A stretch of 64,000 nucleotides of DNA, taken from NCBI GenBank assembly GCA_041659465.1, contig JBAZYD010000007.1, positions 5,670 to 69,669 of the forward strand. The letters run 5' to 3'. Both the position numbers and the translations under genes were made by a program. The stretch comes from Candidatus Micrarchaeia archaeon (GTDB lineage Archaea; Micrarchaeota; Micrarchaeia; Anstonellales; Anstonellaceae). Shown here piece by piece: positions 1-9,171 of the stretch; the stretch's first letter is position 1, and every line of letters starts with the position of its first letter. The notes under the pieces were generated by a model that made no database searches, was not told where the DNA came from, and saw only the letters and a list, made by a program, of their open reading frames with translations.

Positions 1-3000
1 GCATGCGGACAGGCTGCAGTCGACATAATCGTTGTTGCCGTTGTTTTCCACCCCGCAGTTGCCGGTGTAGCCGTCCAGCCTGCACTGCTCAGGGCACTGC
101 TTGCATGAGTCGCGGTAGCTGTACGCGTTGGGGTTCTCGCCGCCGCGGTCGTTTATTTTTGAGTAGGCAACGGTTTGCGTCCATGTGCACGCGCCGGTGC
201 ATGCGCCCTCGGCCAGCCCAGGGCAGCCAGAGCCGTCGCAGTACCCGCCCTCGTCGTTCCAGGCGCAGCCGCTCTGGGCACTGCAATCGCCGGAGTTGGA
301 GTTCACGCTGCATGCCAGGCTGTGGCAGGCTGGACCCCCGTTGCCCAGGTATTCGCTGCAGACAGGCCATGTCTGGGCAGGCGCCACAAAGCACTCCGGG
401 TGGTCAGCGCGGAAAGTCGCGCATGGCGCGCAGAGCACCGGGTCAAGGTATGCCGCGGCAGGCCCGCCCACCCTGCAGCCAAACGGGCAGAGGGTGCATC
501 CCTCATCATAGCAGGCGCCGCCGGTGGGAAGGTCCACCACGATGGGGTCCCTCATGCACGCTGCGCCGCATTTGCCGGAGTCGCAGTTGTACTGGGAAGC
601 GAGCACGAGCGGGATGGAGGGCGGCGGGTTGATGATGGTGGAGATGGGGCTGGCAAGCGGGGCGCTTGCCAATGATGCGTCATAGGCGGTGCAGGTGAGC
701 GTCCATGTGTCCCCCACGGTGAGGGCTGATGCTGGTATTGAGCCTACGTTTACCTCGGTCCCCTGCAGGGCAGGCACAGTGGTGCTGCCGCTTGCATAGA
801 GATACTCTTCGTTGATTTCCCATGTGTAGGAATATGTCAGCATGTCATCCGCGTTCGCATCGCTTGCCTTGCAAAAGCCAGTGATGCCTGTCGAATACGC
901 CGGGGACGATATCCTGGAAGACGCCATGATGGGGGCGGCTGGCACGCCGGAGAGCCGTATTGCGCCTTGCGCGCCCAGGAACAGTATTGCGCTGCCGCCA
1001 GGGGGGGACGCCTGGGCGTTGCCGCAGGTCGCGCTGTACTCGCCAGGCACATAGCGCACCCTGAAGCGCGCAGCCTCGGGGCATGCGCGGCAGAGCTCCT
1101 GCGGCTGGCCGGCGGATACGTCAAGCGTGCGGCACATGAGCGGGGTCGTCGGGTCTGTCCTGCAGCTCGCGTCGCATGCAGGGGGTGCTCCGGTGGTGTC
1201 GCAGTTTATGTCCGGGTTCACCGCCTTGTCGCACACTGCAGGCTTGCTGGTCGAGGGGTCGCGCTCCACATTGGAATCTGCAATGAACATCCCGCCAAAG
1301 CTCGTGCGCCTGCAATAGTCAGGGCACGCCAGGCACATTTGGGGGGCATCGTTGACTATGGGGTAGGAGGAGCAGTTTTCCGGAGGGGGACCGGCAACTA
1401 TCAGGCACTCGGGGTGCGCCTTGCAGATGTCGCAGGCTGCTATGATTTCCGGCGACGAGCTGCATATCTTGGCAAAGTTTGGCGGGTCTATGTCATAAAG
1501 GCCCATCCAGGCAGGGTCGTTGAGGGCCTCGTCCACCCTGCACTCCGCAGGGCAGACTGTGGCCTGCCCGTTGGCATTCTTCACGCTGCATATCGAGTCG
1601 CAGGTTGCCGTAGCCCCTATCCGCGATGTGTAGAAGCACGCCTTGGGGCACGTCAGGTCTGTGTCAAGGTTCTTGCACGCAATGTTGATTTCGTCGCCGC
1701 TGTCGGTTACGGTGTATGGGTATACCAATGAGTAGCTGCCCACTGGCTCCTCCCGCATGAAGCGGCACCATGCTGGGTATTTGCCGCAGCCTCCGCAGCT
1801 CACTGACAGGTTGGCAGGCATCACCCCGCCCTTTTCATCGTTGAAGCATTTGTTCTCCGTCGGGACATTGGTGCGGCAGATGTCCGGGCACTTGCCCTTG
1901 CAGTCCGGGTCGGTCTGGCAGTTGAGCCTCTGGCGCACAATCTTGCATCCCGGGTTGCAGCTTGCGCACTTTGCTATGTCGCATCCGGGCATGCTCGATG
2001 GGAAAGGCACGTCGCGGCAGTAGTCCGGGCATTCTGAGCATGAGTTTGGCGCGATTACCGGGGCAGATGGGTTCTGGGGGTCAGTCTCGCTTCGTATCCC
2101 TATGCTGGTAAGGCTGCGGCATGCCACAAGGCCGGGGAAGTCGGACTTGCCGTCCCCGTTGAGGTCAGGCGCAGTCTGGGAATTCCAGTTGTCCTTGTTG
2201 ATGCCTGCGCGCACAATGGACTGTATGGTCGGGAACTGCACGAGCTGGCCTGTCGACGGGTCGGTGAAAAATGCCGCCGGGTATGTGGCGGTGCATTCGT
2301 TGGGGCAGAACGGGTCTGCCACGGCCAGCGTGCGCTCGCCATACACCGTGACATTGAGGGTGTACCAGGCAAAGGCATACGTGAGGGGGTAGACTATGAA
2401 GAGCGAGACCGCGACTGCGAGCAGCAGGCCGCCCAGCTTGCGCGTGAAGAAGAAGGTGCGGAGCACAATGCCAAGCAAAATGAAAAGCGGCGCGATGCCG
2501 AATGCCACCACGTCTATGAAATACCGCTGGGCGGTGAGGCTTGCAAGTATCTTGCTCGTCTGCGAGAAGAGCGCGCCGTGGCGCTCTGCCACCAGCGACT
2601 CGCCTGCGTTGAAGCGGATGGAAAAGCCGGCGTACGCGAAGTAGATGAGGTTCATGTTGACATTGTAGCCGTATGTTGCGCGCCTCATCTTCTCGATGGA
2701 CTCCTTCAGGTTGTCACGCGAATAGCCCTTGCCTATGTCGATGATGGTGGTGAGGTAGGCCTTTGCCGCTGCGACATAGCATGGCTCTGGGACGTTGCAG
2801 TCCACCGGCAGGTCAGAGGCATGTATTGCATAGGTGGCTGTCTGGTCGAAGAATGCCACCAGCGCGATGAGCGTGGCTATGAGCAGCACCGAAATCACGG
2901 CCTGCTTGATTTCGTTGTTTGCAAACGCCTTTATCTCCGGCAGGTTGAATGCTTTTCCGACCATTGCCGCGATTGCGATGATGGAGCAGACAATGGCAAC

Positions 3001-3693
3001 GCCTATCAGCCCCGCCGCCCTCCAGTCGGAGAACCAGCCCACGTTGTAGACGCCGGATGTGCCGTTGCTTTTCAGCACCGCGTTCCCCGTGCCTGCTTCC
3101 AGGCTGCCAATCGCGCTTACAGGGTTCTCGCTCCCGTATGTGGCTGTGCTTGACGGGGGGGGCATCACATAGGCGGCAGGCGAGTTGGTGCATACGCCGG
3201 GAATCTGGGTGCACTTGTAGGATGGGCTGTTGCCGGCGTCGTCGCATGCCAGGCACCTGGCGCACTGCGCGGTCGAGGCGCAGCCTTCCCCGTAGCCTGA
3301 GAGCCCGTCGTTGGAGCCGCATTCTCCCGGGCCAGGCACGTGCGGGGTCCATTTGCAGTCAGCCCAGGCGCAGCCCACCTGGTTGTTGTCGAACTGGCTG
3401 CAATAGGCAAGCCGCGAGCCGCCGCTGCAGGCCTTGGCGCCGTGCCCCTCCACAGCCTCGCCCCAGTTGCAGCCCATCACGCCGCAGCATCCCGAGTCCG
3501 GCATGTTTTCGCAGGATATCAGCGAAGAGCCGCTGCCATCCGCGGAGGTGCACGTCCCGGTGGGCGTGGCGCTCACTTCGCCGCAGGTGACAGACGCATG
3601 CACCGCTGGCATGCACAGGATGAGGAAGGCGATGCTGAGGGAAAGCGCAATGCCGCGATTGGATTTCCCGCCGTGCTTGGTTGCCATTGCCAT
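1..3693 (-). CDS. Giant Cys-rich secreted/polytopic membrane protein, 3'-partial (>=1231 aa visible); long paralog of the next two genes
   Basis: Not in the supplied ORF track. Checked line by line: plus-strand triplets starting at positions 1,4,7... contain no tta/cta/tca from 1 to 3702. ATG at 3693. Starts MAMATKHGGKSNRGIALSLSIAFLILCMPAVHA (signal-like), then a Cys-rich region, a TM core, and a >750-aa Cys-rich ectodomain. Confidence 0.85.
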   Translation of the reverse strand, partial: MAMATKHGGKSNRGIALSLSIAFLILCMPAVHASVTCGEVSATPTGTCTSADGSGSSLISCENMPDSGCCGVMGCNWGEAVEGHGAKACSGGSRLAYCSQFDNNQVGCAWADCKWTPHVPGPGECGSNDGLSGYGEGCASTAQCARCLACDDAGNSPSYKCTQIPGVCTNSPAAYVMPPPSSTATYGSENPVSAIGSLEAGTGNAVLKSNGTSGVYNVGWFSDWRAAGLIGVAIVCSIIAIAAMVGKAFNLPEIKAFANNEIKQAVISVLLIATLIALVAFFDQTATYAIHASDLPVDCNVPEPCYVAAAKAYLTTIIDIGKGYSRDNLKESIEKMRRATYGYNVNMNLIYFAYAGFSIRFNAGESLVAERHGALFSQTSKILASLTAQRYFIDVVAFGIAPLFILLGIVLRTFFFTRKLGGLLLAVAVSLFIVYPLTYAFAWYTLNVTVYGERTLAVADPFCPNECTATYPAAFFTDPSTGQLVQFPTIQSIVRAGINKDNWNSQTAPDLNGDGKSDFPGLVACRSLTSIGIRSETDPQNPSAPVIAPNSCSECPDYCRDVPFPSSMPGCDIAKCASCNPGCKIVRQRLNCQTDPDCKGKCPDICRTNVPTENKCFNDEKGGVMPANLSVSCGGCGKYPAWCRFMREEPVGSYSLVYPYTVTDSGDEINIACKNLDTDLTCPKACFYTSRIGATATCDSICSVKNANGQATVCPAECRVDEALNDPAWMGLYDIDPPNFAKICSSSPEIIAACDICKAHPECLIVAGPPPENCSSYPIVNDAPQMCLACPDYCRRTSFGGMFIADSNVERDPSTSKPAVCDKAVNPDINCDTTGAPPACDASCRTDPTTPLMCRTLDVSAGQPQELCRACPEAARFRVRYVPGEYSATCGNAQASPPGGSAILFLGAQGAIRLSGVPAAPIMASSRISSPAYSTGITGFCKASDANADDMLTYSYTWEINEEYLYASGSTTVPALQGTEVNVGSIPASALTVGDTWTLTCTAYDASLASAPLASPISTIINPPPSIPLVLASQYNCDSGKCGAACMRDPIVVDLPTGGACYDEGCTLCPFGCRVGGPAAAYLDPVLCAPCATFRADHPECFVAPAQTWPVCSEYLGNGGPACHSLACSVNSNSGDCSAQSGCAWNDEGGYCDGSGCPGLAEGACTGACTWTQTVAYSKINDRGGENPNAYSYRDSCKQCPEQCRLDGYTGNCGVENNGNNDYVDCSLSAC

Positions 3694-3702
3694 ATCATCA
3701 CT

Positions 3703-4710
3703 TCATACCGCGATTGCGCGAAGCGCCTTGGAAAGCGCCATGATGGAAGTCACCGTCACTATTATCACGAGGTTAGGGATGAAGATAGCCTGCGGAAGCA
3801 CCGAGCCTATGCGGTAGAACATCGTGGTCTTGATGTCGGGCGGGTAATACTGGCTGTTGTCAAGCCCGTAGGACTGGAACTTCTGGAGGCCTGTGACCGA
3901 GTATGGCGAGGAGACGTTCTGCACCTGGTCGGCGAACACCTGCGCGCTCATCGCATACATCGTGGGCGCGATTATGTACATCCCGAAGAAAAGCGCGAGC
4001 AGCATGTTGCCGAAATCGCGCGTGGGCGGCACCAGGCGGAGCACGAACGCGAACGGAAGCAATACGGACGCGCCCATCCATGCTATGCCCTGAAGGACGT
4101 ACTTCTGGGCTGTGAGGCTCGCCACGATGGGGAGGTAAAGGTCGATGAGGTATTCGCGCTGCGCGGAATACGCCTTGCGGTTCGCCCTCATCGCAACCCC
4201 GTCGCCCCAGAATGGCGTGAGCCCGAGGTAATAGTACTTGGTGGCGTCCATCTGGTTTCGGAGGCTGTCCGCCGTGAGCTCCTTGAGCACGTTGAGGCCG
4301 TTTGACTGCAGGAGCGAGTCCAGGTACATCTGCGACGCTGTTATCGGGCTTTGGTTGCCCGCGTAGCCCTGCGCAATCACGCAGGCGCCCGAGAAGAACA
4401 GCAGGATGCACGCGAAAAGGATGAGCGAGATTATGAGGTTGTAGGCTTCGTCCTTTGCCCACACGCCGGTTGCAGGGTCCTGCCGCACTTTCGAGTACAT
4501 GTATGCAAGCCCTAGGGCGAACGAGACAATGGCGAACGTGATTGCTATGAACGACACAGCCCCGCCGTTGCCGGCATCGGCAAAGCTTTCCACGCTGCAA
4601 GTCGAGCCCGGGCCCGTGTAGCCTGGCAGCGGGGGCGCTGTGGCAAAGCACGCCGAAACGGCAAGCGCGAAAAGCGCGAACAGAGCCCTTGTTTTTGCAC
4701 CCATGCTCAT
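3703..4710 (-). CDS. Polytopic membrane protein (about 5 TM), minimal paralog of the Cys-rich trio
   Basis: 335-aa ORF with an N-terminal signal-like segment. Shares the core motif ASLTAQKYVLQG...FVLRLVPPTRDFGNMLLALFFGMYIIAP with both neighbours. Its start ATG overlaps the upstream stop (ATGA at 4707-4710). Confidence 0.8.
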   Translation of the reverse strand: MSMGAKTRALFALFALAVSACFATAPPLPGYTGPGSTCSVESFADAGNGGAVSFIAITFAIVSFALGLAYMYSKVRQDPATGVWAKDEAYNLIISLILFACILLFFSGACVIAQGYAGNQSPITASQMYLDSLLQSNGLNVLKELTADSLRNQMDATKYYYLGLTPFWGDGVAMRANRKAYSAQREYLIDLYLPIVASLTAQKYVLQGIAWMGASVLLPFAFVLRLVPPTRDFGNMLLALFFGMYIIAPTMYAMSAQVFADQVQNVSSPYSVTGLQKFQSYGLDNSQYYPPDIKTTMFYRIGSVLPQAIFIPNLVIIVTVTSIMALSKALRAIAV

Positions 4711-6386
4711 ACCAGCTTGGACAGCCCGTAAAGCTGCGGCTCGCCGCCGAAAGAGATGGCAAGCGCGCGCAGCAGCGCGAGCGTGATTATTATCGGTATC
4801 AGGAACGTGAAAAGCGAGATGACCGTGAATTTCGCAACCCCGGGAAGGGCGTAATCCGCAATGGGCGTGTAATACTTGTCAATGAGCGCCCCGGGCTGGG
4901 TGCCCTGGTCCATGGTGGAAAACACCGAGGCATAGATGATTATCGGGAAGACCGCCTTGACTATTGCGAAGATGATTTTGATGACGTATTTGCAGGTGAT
5001 AGAGTAGCATGTCCCGAAGTCAATGGCGCCCAAGGAAGCCGCCGAAAGGATGGCGCACAGCGGCAGGCACACCACGATATGCCAGCCGTTCTCCCCGCCG
5101 ATGAGGGGGATGGGGCTTTGCACAAAATACTTCATGGTCTCGCTGCACACGATGTTTGTCATGGGGGGGTTGCCCACGTCGTCCACCTTCACATTCGCAG
5201 TGCTTGCCACCAGGTCCGGCTGGAATGTCTTGTAGATTTCGCTTGAAAGCTGCACGGACGACGGGTAGACCACCGATGACGCGATGGTTGCCGCAAGCAA
5301 TGTGCCTCCCAGCCTGCGCGTGAAGGAGAACGAGCGCAGGAAAATGCCCACGGGAAGCATCACCACCGAGGCGGTTGCGAAGAACTGCAGGAACGCAGCC
5401 TGCGCCGAGGCGAGCATCATGTAGCCTGCCACCGCGTCAAGCGCAGCGCCCACCTCGGCAACCAGCGGGGAAAGCCCTGCGCCTGGGGATGCCGAATAGG
5501 AGAACGAGACGAACACCAGCATGGACGTGCCGGCGGTGTACGAATAGCCGGCTATCTTTGCGAGGTTGAAATAGACCTTGGCAAGGTTCATGTAAAGGGC
5601 GTGCGCGTCGCCGTAGAGCATCTTCATGGAGTTTTGCGCATTGGCTATCACGTTGGCAGCGCCGCCCTCGCCGGCCAGGAACTGGGATGCCGAGTTGACC
5701 GTTGCAATCAGGGCGATGCAGAAAACCGCAATCACTATGCTTTTCATGAGCTCGCCAAGCTCCACCTTCACCCAGGCCTCCAGCATCTGGAGCTCGAAGA
5801 GCTTGGCTGCCATGTAGGCAAGGCCCAAGAACGAGGCGGCCACCGCCACCGCAAGCGCCAGCCATCCGTAGAGGCTAAAGTCGAACCAGCTCCCCTGCGA
5901 GCCGCCGCCGGAAGCGCCTCCGCAGAAGCCGTTTGTGCAGGAAATGCCGCCGCAGCATGCATTGGGGTTGTCCCCGCACGCGGTTCCGCGGGGGATGCAG
6001 GCAACGCAGTGGGTCCCGCTGCACACCCCGCTGCAGCAATCGGCCCCTGCGCTGCAGGAAATGTCAGGTGAGCAGACGATTTTGCTTGCCGGGACGTCAG
6101 GGCATGTGCATGAGTTGCATTTTCCGTTCAGGCATACCGAGCCCGAGCAGCAGTCGGCGGTGCTTGAGCACCCGAGCACGCCAGGGTCGAGGCAGTCAGT
6201 GCAATACTTCAGGACCTGCTCGCCATGCGCTGCCGGCTCTTCCTGGCAGAGATTGCTGCAGCATTCCCCATTGCCGCTGCACGCAAGCCCGCTTTGGGTG
6301 CATGTGAGTGCGTATGCCGTGCCAGCGAGGGAGAGCGCAAGAAATAAGGTAAGAAAAATATGCCTTGGTGCTAGTGCCCCTCCCAT
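4707..6386 (-). CDS. Polytopic membrane protein with an N-terminal array of four knottin-like Cys modules
   Basis: 559-aa ORF. Signal-like N-terminus, then 26 Cys (my count) in about 130 aa with a repeated C-x6-C-x5-CC-x3/4-C-x4-C spacing. TM core carries the motif FLRSFSFTRRLGGTLLAATIASSVVYP, shared with its paralogs. Confidence 0.85.
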   Translation of the reverse strand: MGGALAPRHIFLTLFLALSLAGTAYALTCTQSGLACSGNGECCSNLCQEEPAAHGEQVLKYCTDCLDPGVLGCSSTADCCSGSVCLNGKCNSCTCPDVPASKIVCSPDISCSAGADCCSGVCSGTHCVACIPRGTACGDNPNACCGGISCTNGFCGGASGGGSQGSWFDFSLYGWLALAVAVAASFLGLAYMAAKLFELQMLEAWVKVELGELMKSIVIAVFCIALIATVNSASQFLAGEGGAANVIANAQNSMKMLYGDAHALYMNLAKVYFNLAKIAGYSYTAGTSMLVFVSFSYSASPGAGLSPLVAEVGAALDAVAGYMMLASAQAAFLQFFATASVVMLPVGIFLRSFSFTRRLGGTLLAATIASSVVYPSSVQLSSEIYKTFQPDLVASTANVKVDDVGNPPMTNIVCSETMKYFVQSPIPLIGGENGWHIVVCLPLCAILSAASLGAIDFGTCYSITCKYVIKIIFAIVKAVFPIIIYASVFSTMDQGTQPGALIDKYYTPIADYALPGVAKFTVISLFTFLIPIIITLALLRALAISFGGEPQLYGLSKLV

Positions 6387-6407
6387 GCAAAAACGTCGCC
6401 AATGAAG

Positions 6408-6415
6408 TTTATAAT
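6408..6415 (-). promoter_or_regulatory. TATA-like box for the 559-aa gene (leaderless geometry)
   Basis: Plus-strand tttataat (minus ATTATAAA) lies 22-29 nt upstream of the ATG at 6386. Confidence 0.5.
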
Positions 6416-6437
6416 GCTTTTCGCAGGGGTGCGCGCA

Positions 6438-6890
6438 TCATTTTCCAAACGAAGGGAAATAGTAGAAGAAGGGGAGCACTGCGATGATGATGGCGCCCAG
6501 GAGCGCGGGCATGAAAAGCCTGAATTCGCCATTCCCGAAATAGAACCCGCCAGCAACGACCAGCACGAAAAACAGCGCCGCCGCAAGCAGGTAATCACGC
6601 ACTTTTTTTTCGAACCTTGCGCGCCTTGCGCTTGCCTCCCCCAAATGCTCGCTGCATGCGACCGTATGCCTTGCAGGCTGGCGGAAAAGCGCGCGAAGCT
6701 TCCTTGCGGCGATGATTGGGAATTCCGGCTTGGCAGGGGCGCCTGCGCGGGCCGAGCCGCAGATTATGCATATCCCTTTTTCCAGAGAGCGCGCGCCTTG
6801 CCCCTGCGGGCGTGCGCCAATTCCCTGCGCCCGCGCGCCTTTTGCCTGCTTATCCGCGCGCTTTCTCCCCTTGGCATGGTTCGTTGCCAT
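6438..6890 (-). CDS. Small basic protein with a CxxC...CxxH motif and two C-terminal TM helices, hypothetical
   Basis: The ORF extends to 6947, but the ATG at 6890 (MATNHAKGRKR) sits about 25 nt downstream of a TATA-like box at 6913-6919. Contains ICIICGS...VACSEHL and a hydrophobic C-terminus. Confidence 0.5.
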   Translation of the reverse strand: MATNHAKGRKRADKQAKGARAQGIGARPQGQGARSLEKGICIICGSARAGAPAKPEFPIIAARKLRALFRQPARHTVACSEHLGEASARRARFEKKVRDYLLAAALFFVLVVAGGFYFGNGEFRLFMPALLGAIIIAVLPFFYYFPSFGK

Positions 6891-7048
6891 GGCGCAATTT
6901 CCCCACTTCCCCTTATAAAGCTGAGGATGCCAATTCATGCGCAACAACTACGGGCTAAATCCCCGTAGATTGCAGGCTGGTGGCTTTAGGCGGATGCGCC
7001 TGGATGGCAAGCAAATGTGCCGCGCACCCGCAGTTGATGGTGATATTT

Positions 7049-8032
7049 ATGGCTGATGATGACATTTCCCAAGACGTGGAAGGGCACGAGGAACATGCCC
7101 ACACCCACGGGCATGACGAGCCAACCGAGGAGGACATCGCGCAGATGTACGCGAATTTCGAGAAAGCCGGGAAAATCGCCGCCTCTGTCCTGAAGGAGGC
7201 GCCCAAGCTCGTGCTCCCCGGCGAGTCCTACTTCGACATTGCCGAGTCGCTTGAAAAGATGATAGTGGACGCAGGCGGGAGGCCTGGCTTCCCTGCAAAC
7301 ATCTCGATAAACGAGATTGCCGCGCACTTCACGCCAGAGGCTGACAATGCCATACTCATTGGCGAGACCGACTTGGTGAAGATAGACATCGGCGCCCAGA
7401 TAGACGGGTGCATCGGCGACACCGCGGTCACGGTTGACCTGTCAGGCGAGCACGGCAAGCTTTGCGAGGCAAGCTTTGCTGCGCTCGACGCCGCGCTTGC
7501 CCTCATAAGGCCGGGCGTATATGTCGGGGACATCGGGGCGGCGATAGAAAAGGAAATCGTGTCGCGCGGCTACAAGCCAATTGAGAACCTGACGGGCCAC
7601 AAGATAGAGCCCTACCTTCTCCACGCGGGGGTGGACATACCGAACATAAGCGGGCACAAGGGGTACATGGTGCAGGAGGGGGACATCTTCGCAATCGAGC
7701 CGTTCGCCTCCACCGGGAGCGGGCATGTTGCGGACACATCGCAAGTGGAGATATTCGCGCTCCAGGCGACTCCTAAGCTTCGCATGAAATACTCGCGCGA
7801 GCTGATGGAATACATCGTGGGCAATTACTTCTCGCTCCCGTTCGCCGAGAGGTGGCTGCGCGGCGTGTTCCAGTCGCGCCTCACGCTCTCCACTGCGCTT
7901 CGCGAGCTCCTGAATTCCGGCGCGCTGCACCCATACCCGGTGCTGCGCGACACGGGCAAGGGCATGGTGTCGCAGTTCGAGCACACCGTGATTGTGGAGC
8001 ACGACTCGGCAAAAGTGACCACGAAGATTTGA
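7049..8032 (+). CDS. map: Methionine aminopeptidase, type 2 (archaeal M24)
   Basis: Translation has the pita-bread fold pattern: HFTPE..., DLVKIDIGAQIDGCIGDTAVTVDL, GHKIEPYLLHAG, FAIEPFAS. Start chosen at MADDDIS. Confidence 0.9.
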   Translation: MADDDISQDVEGHEEHAHTHGHDEPTEEDIAQMYANFEKAGKIAASVLKEAPKLVLPGESYFDIAESLEKMIVDAGGRPGFPANISINEIAAHFTPEADNAILIGETDLVKIDIGAQIDGCIGDTAVTVDLSGEHGKLCEASFAALDAALALIRPGVYVGDIGAAIEKEIVSRGYKPIENLTGHKIEPYLLHAGVDIPNISGHKGYMVQEGDIFAIEPFASTGSGHVADTSQVEIFALQATPKLRMKYSRELMEYIVGNYFSLPFAERWLRGVFQSRLTLSTALRELLNSGALHPYPVLRDTGKGMVSQFEHTVIVEHDSAKVTTKI

Positions 8033-8041
8033 GGCGCCGCC

Positions 8042-8809
8042 ATGCATGCCAAATTGGGGCAGAACTTCCTCGTCGATGAGAACGTCCTTGCCTACGAGGC
8101 GGAATGCGCGGACGTGCGCAGCAATTCCGTCCTGGAAATAGGCGCGGGGGACGGAAGGCTCACGGCAAAGCTCCTCTCCTGCGGCGCCGGGCACATCACC
8201 GCGGTGGAGTTCGACCCCAAGCTTGCAAAGCAGCTCCGCATGAGGTTTGCCACATACAAGCGCGTGAGGGTGCACGAAGGCGACTTTCTCGAGTATGACG
8301 AATCGGCGCGCTTCGGCAGGATTGTGGGGAACATCCCGTATTACATCACCTCGCCCATCCTCATCAAGCTCTCCCGCATGAATTTCGACAAGGCAGTGAT
8401 TTGCATCCAGAAGGAAGTGGCTGCGCGCATGATGGCCGAGCCCGGAAGCCCCGAGTACGGGAGGCTCTCGGTCTTTTCCCAGCTCACGTACAAAACGGAA
8501 ACGCTGGCGCTTGTGGAGAGGACGGCGTTCCTGCCTGTCCCAAAAGTCGATTCGTGCATAATCTCGCTTGAGAAGACGGGCTTTTTGATGACAGGATGCG
8601 AGGAGAAGGCGATAGGCGCGATTTTTTCCCACAAGAAAAAGAGCCTGAGAAACGCCGTGGTGGACGCGCGGGCGAGCCTGTTCGGGGGCAGCGACAAGAA
8701 ATCGGCCGCGCAGGCCGCGCAAACGCTTAAATACAATGGGAGGAAAGTCTTTTCGCTGTCGCCGCCCGAGGCTCTCGAGGTTGCGCGGCAGCTTTGTGCA
8801 GCAAGGTGA
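8042..8809 (+). CDS. rsmA: 16S rRNA (adenine1518/1519-N6)-dimethyltransferase KsgA/Dim1
   Basis: LGQNFLVDENV...VLEIGAGDGRLTAKL (SAM motif), GNIPYYITSPIL. Confidence 0.9.
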   Translation: MHAKLGQNFLVDENVLAYEAECADVRSNSVLEIGAGDGRLTAKLLSCGAGHITAVEFDPKLAKQLRMRFATYKRVRVHEGDFLEYDESARFGRIVGNIPYYITSPILIKLSRMNFDKAVICIQKEVAARMMAEPGSPEYGRLSVFSQLTYKTETLALVERTAFLPVPKVDSCIISLEKTGFLMTGCEEKAIGAIFSHKKKSLRNAVVDARASLFGGSDKKSAAQAAQTLKYNGRKVFSLSPPEALEVARQLCAAR

Positions 8810-8814
8810 CGCCC

Positions 8815-9171
8815 ATGTGCGCAGAATACCATTCCAAAAGGAACGACGCAGCGGACAGCATGCTTGTGGCGATGATAGCCGAAGTGCTGCTAGTGTGCGC
8901 AACCGCGCTCGGCTTTTTCGTGCAGTTCGACCTTCCGGTGTCGGTGGCGACGGGCGGCGCGCTCGCCGTGCTTTTCATAGGCTCAGTCCTCTGCTGGAAA
9001 AGCCAGGCGGCAGCAAGCGCCATAATCGCAATCTCCCTCCTTTCCGTGCAGGCAATGCTCACATTGCGGTTTTCCATACTCCTCCTTCCCTTTGCGCTTG
9101 CCGACGTCATACTTGTGATGGTGGTGGTGGGGGGCTACCGCGCCGGGGAGGAAACCCGCCCGCACGATTAG
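8815..9171 (+). CDS. Small 4-TM membrane protein, hypothetical
   Basis: First ATG after the ksgA stop. The whole sequence is hydrophobic helices. Its 3' end overlaps the convergent gene by 4 nt. Confidence 0.45.
   Translation: MCAEYHSKRNDAADSMLVAMIAEVLLVCATALGFFVQFDLPVSVATGGALAVLFIGSVLCWKSQAAASAIIAISLLSVQAMLTLRFSILLLPFALADVILVMVVVGGYRAGEETRPHD

Noticed and set aside
967-4305. Plus-strand ORFs 967-1731 (254 aa), 2578-3153 (191 aa) and 3340-4305 (321 aa)
   Set aside because: They are antisense to the uninterrupted giant minus-strand ORF and to the 335-aa membrane gene. Their Arg/Ala/Gly/His-rich composition is typical of high-GC shadow frames.
7442-8902. 486-aa minus-strand ORF
   Set aside because: It lies opposite the clearly conserved map and ksgA genes. 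Its R/A/P/G-rich sequence has no motifs.
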